From: Microthyrium microscopicum
Lineage: Eukaryota
DNA length: 64,000 nt
Assembly: GCA_010405405.1 (NCBI GenBank)
Contig: MU004232.1
Location: forward strand, 2,437,481 to 2,501,480
Reading direction: 5' to 3'
The notes below the pieces were generated by a model. The model had not been told where the DNA came from and made no database searches. It saw only the letters and a program-made list of their open reading frames with translations. Both the position numbers and the translations under genes were made by a program. Below are positions 49,500-59,380 of the stretch, in pieces; position 1 is the first letter of the stretch, and every line of letters starts with the position of its first letter.

Positions 49500-49527
49500 G
49501 AGCTGTCGTTCTGAGATCGAACGCTGC
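49395..49527. repeat. Degenerate tandem repeat, about 50-52 bp, roughly 2.5 copies
   Basis: Units start at 49395, 49445 and 49497, all with GCTGTCGT...TCGA; the two full units continue CTGGTC..TTTCTGAG...GGAGA. Confidence 0.7.
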
Positions 49528-50035
49528 TCATAAGTGGTTACTTCAAGTCAAGGACATATAGACTTAGAGCTTGCCAGAGGCCCAAGGTTCAGGTTCCAGA
49601 AGTAGGTGACAGAATAGATGGCGCGTTCCTAGCAACTAAGACCTCTCTCAGGCACTGCTTGATGAAATGATACGTTAATTCCCATTTGGTTCGATAGATA
49701 TTCGAGCATTATCGGCATTCGATGGAAAATAAGGCACCTGATCGTGGAGCTTAACAGATGGTAGATATCAAACTTGATTCAGAGCGTGCCAATTATTTTA
49801 TCGCCTGGTTAGCAGTCATACTGAGTATTCAGGAGCGCTGCTACCAAGGCAGTCGCATTCCCTAATGTGTAATATCTTTTATTTCAGTAGGTACTACTAA
49901 AGTAATTGATGGAACTTGCCTTATAATTGAACTTGCTACATTGCTGTTGCTATTATACAGTATACTTTAGAGAAGCACAGTAAGGTGGACCGCAGCGGCC
50001 AGAAGCACTATTCATACGTGAACGGCCAAGAGAAC

Positions 50036-52456
50036 TCAGTCCACCTCCGAGTCGTCTTCACTTCCGGCCTCCTGAGCGGTTTCTAGGCTCTCAGCATGCT
50101 TTCGGATCTTGTTGAATTGGTACTCCATGCTTGGATACAAGAATGGCCGCAGATCATGTCGATTATCGTCCGGATTATATCCGCTCATATGAATGCTTGG
50201 AGTCATAATAGTCGACTTGTGTCGATTGATGCAGTAGTACCGGAAGAACTTGATCGTCTTCTCTGCAATTACACTCGGCGTATGACCAGGCCGCTCCTTC
50301 CAGTCTCCTAGCAGACGTAGGTAGCTCGAGAAAGCACCAAGCTTCTCGACCTTTCGCAGGATACCATAGACTTGGAGATCGGAATAGCTAATACCCATCT
50401 CACTATCACTTTCGTCATCCTGTACGCCGGCGCTGAGGGGCAGGAGTTCGGCGGTTGGTGTAGCGTCGATGAACTTATTGAGGATCGGGAGATCCCATTT
50501 GGCGCAAGCCCATCTTAAAAAGTCCTTTGCGTCGTTCTTGCTGATGGAGCCTAGGGGTGCGATGTCACCGGAGCTCGCGTCGTATTTGGTCACGTAGCCG
50601 CGCAGATTTTCGTCGACGTTGCCGGAGGTGACTACGAGGAGGCTGGCACCAGCGCGGGGAAGCTTACGGGCTGTGGTGGAGAGTTGGGCGTATTCATAGG
50701 ATATGACCATTCGATTACGGGCTTGGATGTTCTGCTTGGCCAGCGATTCTGCTGCAGAGCCACCCTCAACTGAGTATTTGGGTATGAAGCCCAGACCTTG
50801 CTTGATGATGGCTTCGTGGGCAGTGATAACTTCATCAATGGTCAAATCGCTATGATAAGCTCCAATGATCTTGGACAGGTCTCGAGCTCTTGAACGCGTT
50901 TCTTCGCTAGAGTTGACTGTGCCCATATATGCAGTGTGAAGTAACAGGCTCGTAATCTCTTCTGGCTTCGTTGGCTGGAGATCCTTGACTCCTGTAATGC
51001 GACGCAGCTCGTTCAAAGTAGTTGTCTCGCCAGCTTGGATGGACTGTAAAACAAACTTGGCCATACCAAATATGAAGCAAGCCACTGTGCAAGAATCCAA
51101 ACCACCAGAGAGAGCCAAGAAGAATCCTCCGGCGCTGGAGCGACACAGATATTGCCAAAGGAAGACGGATTCAGCAAGCCATATCTCTTCCATAGGATGA
51201 AGAATTTGAGCTTGAATCTCCTTGGTGACTGTGAGAGTTTTGGACAGGTAAATCTCACGAGCAGTGCGAGACAGCTTCAAGTTGCACTCGACTCTTGGAT
51301 AATCAGTTTGATGAGAAGCCTGAACAGATCGAGCGGAATCAGCAGGACGTTTAGTTCGGACAGCCTCTATGTCGATAGTAGCGATCGTTACTTCAACAGG
51401 TTTGAGACTGAATTGAGAGCCCTGATTGAGAATCTTTCCATTGACAAAGATGAGAGATGAACCATCATACATCTGTCGGGCCTCACTATCGACTCCAGTA
51501 GCGTTAGCATAAACGTAGATACCACCAAGCTTCCGTGTGCAGTTGGCAATCAAGTCTATACGAGTGTTGAGTTTTCTTAGTTCAGCATGGGATGCTGACG
51601 AGTTGAGAATGATCTCGCATCCATTGAGCCCCATGTAACTGGATGGATTCAAGGGGGTAAAAAGTTCCTCACAGCTTTCACAGCCTATAGCGGTGTCTAG
51701 GGTTGACAGAATGCCGTCGCCAAATGGAACTGTCCTTTGACCAGTCGCCTCTCGAAGACCATGCTCAAGATAGTAATCCTCAAATATACGATGCTTTTCC
51801 ACTGCCCATGCAGTGAAATGCCGAGTCTCACGGTAAAGACCATCGTTTGCTAACGACTGTTTCGGCCGAATGAAGTAGATGTGTTTGAAAGTTGCCAGAA
51901 CTCGACAATTATAGAGGGTGTTTCGATGGCGCATGGGAAGTCCAAGGTCGATCACCATGTCCTGGCAAATAGGATCGCTGATTATTTCGGTCAGCATTTG
52001 GATACTATCCTGAACAGTGTCGGCCTCCAAGAAATGATCAAGGCACCCATAGCCGGAGATTTCTAGCTCAGGACCTGATTTTCGTGTCAGCATCTGCCAA
52101 CTAAAAATCAAAATGAACGGCCCACTCCCATCAAAGCCGATAGCTATCAGCATCCCTGTTCTTCGAAGGATACTTTGTTCTCCATGGCATTCGATAATAA
52201 ATCAGAGCCTGAGCGTCTTTCATGACAAGTAGAACAGTCGGTGTTAGAGCGTGGCGGATGGTAGACATGGTAGATGATGGGAGCATGCCACGTGTATTAC
52301 AATCCCGCAGCGAATTGGAAGATATAACTTACCCGTTCTTAGTCGAGCGCCTTGAGCTTTTGCAATACGGATAGATTCGAGAATTCGATCTCGGTTGCCT
52401 CGAAAGTCTAAAGCAATAGAAGGAAGCGTCGCAGCTGCGACTGTGATGTAGCTCAT
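50036..52456 (-). CDS. QNS1: Glutamine-dependent NAD+ synthetase (nitrilase plus synthetase domains); exons 52456-52333 and 52074-50036
   Basis: Spliced RTGPELEISGYGCLDHF; E-K-C triad (PELE, RPK, CEEL); LSGGLDS, QNIQARNRM, GYVTKYD and PTAEL motifs. May be a paralogue rather than the main orthologue. Confidence 0.93.
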
Positions 52457-53407
52457 GATGGTTGATGGGAGATCGGGTAGTGGATGGAAGAGTAGGGAGT
52501 GGGCGTGAGGATGATGTCTCAATGTAAGTTTGAGAATTTCAAGTTAAGTGAAGAACTGCTGGTAGTAGATCGGAGTTTGCGACTTGTATCGTTAGTAGCT
52601 TTCGAAGACAACTGGATGGTTGGCCAACTTCGGTCGATATAACGAAACGTGTGCAAGAGTTTGGCTTACTCTGGATTCGCCTGTAGAAATCTGGATGTAC
52701 AGTGGAGTAATTTCGTGCCGGATTTAGGCTGATGCTATATTCAGTGATTCACCCTGTTGAAGGCAAAACGATCGATAGTTTGGGACGTATTTGGGAGTGG
52801 CCGCACCAGTGAAATGGTGACTGCAAGCAAGCAGTATCTACCCCAGACTCCAAGGGGAGACGGAGTTGAGAACAATATGTTATCTTGAAGGCTTGATAAT
52901 GAAGTTTGTTCTGGGCAGTGTGATATATATGATGTTATCTCAATCTTGAAGGATGAAGCTGGTGGAATGGTCCCCTCTGAGTCTCTAGTAGCCTAGTAGG
53001 AAATGGGTGACTGGAATCTGAACTGCTGTTGGCGAAGTAAAAGGCTTGACATTCGACCATGAAATCAGATGTTTGAACTTCTTAGTTCACCCCAGATCAA
53101 TTATTTACTGCCAATAAGAAAAAGAAGCGGTGGTTCTGACTTCACCACCGCTGATAATGGATACCGCAGCCTTACTAAGCAGGCAGTTTTGACTTCGCGA
53201 GATCCTTGCTACTGACCTCGACTGTCGCGTCTTAACTCCAATCAAATCCCAATCAACTCCCATCTTTGCCATCCTACACTCGGCATTTCACATCCCATGG
53301 AGCCTTCTCGTATTGGCGGCATCGGTTCGTAGCATTGCTGAGCTATGGTACGCACAATTGTTGTCGAGATGCTTGCCTTCAACCGCCCATAGCACGTCGA
53401 TCAACAC

Positions 53408-55085
53408 ATGTTCGGACGATTCTCTTCTCACGACGGCCGGCCAACGGAAACCTACAAGTTCAGCAAAATGTACCTTCCACCTAAGCATTTCCAATTCAAT
53501 ACCAATCGATCTCCTTCTCCTGTGCGGCCCGGAATTGGAGACGGATCTGAAGTTGAGAACGGAACTGGAGCAACTGGACCGGCCATTGCTTCTGTACAAA
53601 CACAGGAACAAGCCTCGCCTCCAAACACCGAAAGCAATCCGCCCAACACATTCAATAGCATAAGCAAAGGTATTGCACTGGTGGATCGCACGGATCCTCT
53701 CTCAATAAAAAGTCCAGTCGTCCAAGTCACAAGCAAGTCTTCCACAAATGGTGACCATGAAGAGGTAAGCCGGATCACACGCTCTTTCTTCAAAGCCGTC
53801 TTCTATTCATATTAACGGATTTAGCCTCTACATCCTCCTATGGCACGCCAATCATCTCAGCAACTTCCAGAAAATAACATAATTTCAAGTTCGATACCTC
53901 TCATCATCACCCACTCTATGAATAGATCTAACATGTATAGAATCCTTTACCTCGGCCACTGAGCGACGGACCTTGGACGATCTGGTACCGGAGTCTGAAT
54001 CAGACGATACCGACTTCCTGCTTGCGCCTGGTGGCAACGAATCTGAGTCTGACACCGAGCTTCCATGGTCCACTTTCAACCTGTATGCCTCCAAAGATAT
54101 TCCTCTGACGCCAAGCATGCGCCGTCAACCACGCGCACAAGGGCAATGGTGGACGATTATACAACAAGCTTGGGCAGCGATGGGAGATCCACGACGCCGA
54201 ATCGTTACATTAACAGGACTTATGATGGAGACGGAGCACGGGCAAACCCAGAATCCGTGTCGAACTTGTCTAGAGATTGGCTCCACATGTCGAAATTTCA
54301 AATTATCAGCCAGAGAAGGACTCAACTGCTACACTGATCGATGCGCTCAGTGTATGTTTCGACAGGTGTCGTGCACTCTTGTAGTGGGAGGCGCAGCCCA
54401 CCAGCGATTGCATGCGGATGAGAAACCTGCTCCTAAGCCCAAAGCAACAACCAAACCGAAACCGAAACAGCCAGAGAAGACGGACGAGGCTGACACTGGA
54501 AGGCCCAAAAGAGCCACCGCGTTTGTGGGATCTATGGATATGACAGTACATCGTCGCACATCTGCGCGGCAGACTCCCGCAAAGCAATCACAATCCAAAC
54601 CTGACATTAATCTTCAGCGCAAACGTCAGAGGCCGTCTGATGCAGAAATCGCTGCATCTGCCAGAAAAAGATTTGAGGGAAGAGGATTCACTGACGGTTT
54701 CAAGAATCTTGATGCTGCGCACTTCGGGAAGCGTGGGGGCGAATCCTCAGCTTCCCCGATAGAGTCTCCCGCGGATATGGATCCACCTGCGAGGCTGTCC
54801 AAATCTCATTCCAAGAAAGCACCAAACGCTCCGGCAGCTCCAGCAGCTCCAGCGCAAAGCTCAGCAGTCAGCAATCACAACAACACATCCACATCCAAGT
54901 CATACACAGGAAACGACGAGCACGTTAAAGAAATAGAAAGAAAGTTCAGAAAACGAGTTCGACAACTAGAAGGGGAAAACAAGCGGCAGAAATTAGAGAT
55001 TGACTACCTTCAGAAAGCTCTTCGACTTGAACGGGAATTGCGAACTGATGGCTCAGATGAAGATGAAGATGCGGCTATGGATTAA
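53408..55085 (+). CDS. Hypothetical protein with atypical six-cysteine cluster and C-terminal coiled coil; exons 53408-53764, 53825-53888, 53941-55085
   Basis: Two introns with branch and acceptor sites join the ORFs in frame; Cx2Cx6Cx17Cx2Cx6C; basic QRKRQRP segment. Confidence 0.65.
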
Positions 55086-55814
55086 CCGAATGAAAGTGTT
55101 TTGATTCTTGAAATGATACCCCCTGTATTTTGGTTGCTGTACGTATAAAGCTACAATGAACTGAACGTTTGATCACTACCAAGTTACTCCCATCCGGCTA
55201 ACGCTTAGTCCTTTGTCGTACGCTCAAAGTATGGACTCCTTTCAGCCTGGGAGCAGAGTCAGTCTTCTGCTCCTGAGCGAACTGAGTGATCTTCAACTCC
55301 ACGCGATCAGCATCTCCAACTTGTCGCTTGCTGTCGCTTCCTACAACCTCTTAGGAATAACTACCAACACCTATCTTCATTATCCTCGTCGCATTAGTCC
55401 CAGCGTACTATACTGCACGTAGAGGCACACGCTGCCCTCAGCTTCTTGACCTGGCTTTGTTAGAACCACCACCTGGACATGAGGCAACACTATACTCCTA
55501 AACTGGAAGAGTTCAGTCGCGATATCAACGGAAACTACCAGATCCGGCAGTTGAACTAGTACCAACCCTGCGATACCTTCACTATGGCCCTGATCGCCAT
55601 GGCTCGCTGCTGGAAATGCCAGCTATTTGATCGAGCCACCCTCATCATCATCTTCCTCTTCCTCGTGCCTGTCCATCACTTCAGCTTGTCTCGGCCATCA
55701 TTACCACAGCCCATTACAACACTCCTTTGGCAACACCAACGACTTCTCTCCAGTCTGATCTTCTCCAACAAAACACCTACTCCTGTCTCGCTGGCCACAC
55801 CAGCAACCACCACC

Positions 55815-56650
55815 ATGGCACCAAACCACCAACCACCAACAACCCCCGTCCGCACATCGCATCGATCACGCTCTTCCTCTCCAGCCCCGAACCGTCAAGA
55901 AACCACCGGCTCTTTCTCCCAACGCATGCCACTCGCAGACATCACCGCCCTCACAGCGCCCTTCCAAGTCTACGAAGACCCAGACTGCCGTCAACCCAAC
56001 CGCACTTCCCGCCATCGACGACAAGCATCCGGCAAGGAGAACACACCACCAGAGCAGTCAAGCAAGAAGCGCGACATCACGATTCTAAATGTCGGCAAAC
56101 CGCTAGCGAATCCCTTCTATGATGGCACCTCTTCGTTCTCAAGCACAGTTTCCGCAGGTAGTACGCCTACGCATAGCTCTTCCTCACGTAATGCTTCTCG
56201 CCATAGGACTTCGCTGTTCAAGCGCTACGTCTCAATCAACTCGGAGACTACGTATGAAGGAGACTCGGATTCGGAGACGATTACGGTACGTATCTTTCTC
56301 TCCCACCCAGCCTGCCCAATACACCTACCGCATTCAGTCACTGCCAAAGTCAAGTAGTTCTAAGATAGGTAATAAACATATTTCATTTCATCGTACTGAC
56401 TAGAATATAACAGAGCCAGGACGCAGCAGAAGACAGCAGCAGCACCAACGCCAATCGCTCAATGCCAGAGCCCAAGAAAAGTGGTGTAGATGATGATGAT
56501 GATAATGAGCACGTGAAAGACAAATACCGAAAAGTCGCCATGGACCGAAAGGCGGCCGTGGGCTACATCAAGGGACAAACCGAAATACGCCGTCGCCGTC
56601 GAAATGCTGAGCGTGGAGCCGGAGTTGGCGAGCCGTGGAAGGAAGAATGA
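55815..56650 (+). CDS. Small disordered protein with D-box, ABBA and KEN-like motifs; exons 55815-56285 and 56414-56650
   Basis: ACCATGG start context; phase-0 intron GTACGT...TACTGAC...CAG joins two ORF-track entries in frame. Confidence 0.65.
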
Positions 56651-57142
56651 GATGTGATGTAGTTGGTGAGGAGGGTGGAATGGGACCTGGGATGGTGGTT
56701 TCGTTCTGATGTGTAGTTGTTGTCGGGTGCTGTAGAAGTGGTTGGTTGGTTGTTAAGCACCCGCGTTGTGTAGCTGTAGACTCAAAAGGCTTTCGTAGCC
56801 TGTTTTATGTAGTCTGGGCCAATTGTGCCTTGAATTATTGATGTTATACGATCAGAGTCTGGATTGTGACAGGATACCAGAAAGTGATGCTGAGTGCCGG
56901 AAGAACGGAAATATATTGGAAGTTGAACGCCGAGAATAACGTTATCCTTCGGACCCAAGCTTTGCAGAAAGCGATGATAGCTCTTCACAACGCAATACAA
57001 AGTGAGCGTATCCCTTTATAAGAAACCAGTTGTCCTAGAGATAAAGCCGCTTGAAAAAACATACACAAAAAACCGGAGGTATTTGACGATAAAGTTGGAA
57101 AAAAGGACTTTTTGTGTGCTGATTGATATTCGAAAGAGGCCA

Positions 57143-57325
57143 TCACCGTACCTGCATTTGAAGTCTATTGCACTCAAAGCAGTACTGATCCGACGCCTTT
57201 GTTTTCTCCCTGGCCACCTCCTTGCACCGGCTTTCCGAGCCCGCGTCAATCCGTCCACAGTTGCGTATTTCCTGTTTTATAGTGTGGCCACAGATCTGAG
57301 CATTGACCTTGCGGATTAGACACAT
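57143..57325 (-). CDS. Possible small Cys-rich zinc-binding protein (MC-x9-CGH...C...C...CxxC); 3' end uncertain
   Basis: GCCATG context; cysteine spacing resembles small fungal Cys-rich proteins; possible CAG/GTACGG donor near the stop. Confidence 0.4.
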   Translation of the reverse strand: MCLIRKVNAQICGHTIKQEIRNCGRIDAGSESRCKEVAREKTKASDQYCFECNRLQMQVR

Positions 57326-58972
57326 GGCGAATCGAATCGCTGGAAGGGGTCTCTTTTTTCTGTTGTTGATAAGGCGGGGTTGTAGATTACGAAGGTTTTC
57401 TGCAGGCGGCTCGCTTAAGGGTTTGTCTTGGTTTTTTCTTCTCTTGTTTTTGGAAGGCCGAAGGCACACACTGGGGAATTGTGGAGCTTGGAGGGGAAGC
57501 TGTTTGGAGGTATGATGTAAGGTTTTGAGCAATTGTGTTGTATGATTTTTGAAAAGGACGGATTCAAGAGTTCAACGGAGGGCAGAGAGGTACTCTAGAG
57601 TAGCTTGAGGTAACTGCGCACATGCAAAGCGAAAGCTCGAGAGAGGCGAAATGTGACCTTGTACAGCGTCGTCTGGTGGATCGGATAAAGCTCAACAAAG
57701 TGGCAAGACGATTGTGGGGAGGGACCAGCCGTTCAAGTAGGAAAGTTCGTATGCGAAAGATTTTTCCCGGGCCGATATGTACTTGAGAATAGATAGATCA
57801 AAGGTTCTGGATGGGGTGTATGTTTATGAAAAGTAGATTACGCACGGCGTTTAGCTTTATATACAGGCAAGACAGGTACATGAGCCTTTGGGTTGATAAT
57901 TGACTACCAGGTAGTTCTGGGCCCATTGAGCTTTTTTCTTTGAATCACCCCAGGCGGTTACAACCATTGCACCTTGCCTGCTGGTTAATGGGCCCCTTGA
58001 CGGTTGTATATTGCTACCTCATTGGGAAATAAATAGGCGTTAAACCCAAATCGAAGTGCGGCACCTTGCACCGAGGGCTGGTATTGGGTTAGTAGATGGC
58101 CGGTTTGAGGGAAGGGGCCATTGGGGTGCTGTAGATAGCCGATTTAGGGGTCAGTTGCAGTCGAAACATGCATATGGTAATGTGAAACCCGCAATGACGG
58201 CGGGAAAAGAGACTAATAGACGTGCATTTTACGGTTATGTATGGTACGGACCACGCGGGACCTTGGCGACGGCACGGAGCCACAGCGTTTAGCTAGCGAC
58301 CATGAGTATTCCCGGTACGTAAATTTCCAATTGAGAGGCGAAAGATAGGGAACATTTGAAGAGAAAGTAACGATAGGATGTTGTGGTGGTGGAGGGACCT
58401 GTACCTTAGGTGGAGCGACTGAGCTTGAGCCTTGACGGGAGCTCGAGAGTTAGCGCTTGCGTATCACGATTGGTCTTCTGTTAACGGCTGGTAGTGGACT
58501 GGAAGATCAGATCTTAATCTCGAAATGCGGAGAAGTTAGAATTGGGTGCTAAGTCGTCGCTAGAGCGTCCAAATTGAAGTCGGATTCTACTCCGTAACCC
58601 TTACAAGAAATGAGGTTCAGCGGATCCGTGGGAGGTTGGAAGACGAGTGGGATCCCCTGTCTGGTTCGTCGTGAACTTGGACAGGCCTTGGAGGGTTAAA
58701 AGCTTCCCATGTCCGCAAACTACTAAAGTACCTGAGGATCTTGAACACATTAAGACTCAATGTTCTAGCGTTGGAAATTTCCAACCCTACCTTAGGTACC
58801 GTATCCTAACAGGTATCTGATGCCAAGGGGGCCATAACGGGAGAAATGTTGGGGGCGGACAGCATTTGATTTGGCCAAGAACGGATGAAATAACGTGTCG
58901 ACTGTCGAGGACTTCAGGTGCGGGAACAGATGATGGTGGTTGGTTTGGTTCAAATGCAGAGAGCTTGCTGTA

Positions 58973-58999
58973 GATCTTACTGATCTTACTGATCTTACT
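58973..58999. repeat. (GATCTTACT)3 tandem repeat upstream of the PhoD-like gene
   Basis: Three exact 9-bp copies read directly. Confidence 0.9.
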
Positions 59000-59380
59000 A
59001 CTGCCACACGATACGCTTGCCCAAATTGGGGATCGTGGCTGCCATCATCTTATCCCCATCGGGTTTCTTGGAGGAAAGCTTGCCCAGGCTTGATTCCATC
59101 GCAAGCTGCGCCCTCCAGTCTACGAATCATGCCAAATGCCAAGATAAACATCTCCAAACACTCCTGTCCCCTTCATTTCCTCTAAGCATCCTTCTTCGTC
59201 TTCTTCTTCTTGTCCTATTTTGTTGCTGTCGCATTGGCCCATTTTTGCTGCATTCTTCCCGATCCATACCCCTGTTATCCCCACCCTTTCGAGCTTCATT
59301 GAGTAAACTGTTGTTTGATGCTTTTTTAGGCCTACAGTTCGCGCTTGAAACCACTCTTCCACTTGATCTGATTCGCGGTC

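Noticed and set aside
50036..52153. 705-aa ORF-track start for the NAD synthetase
   Set aside because: Its first 26 residues are intronic; the true N-terminus comes from exon 52456-52333
55584..55814. Upstream ATG giving a hydrophobic N-terminus to the degron-containing protein
   Set aside because: The region reads as a CT-rich leader and ATG 55815 has better context; not excluded, but unsupported
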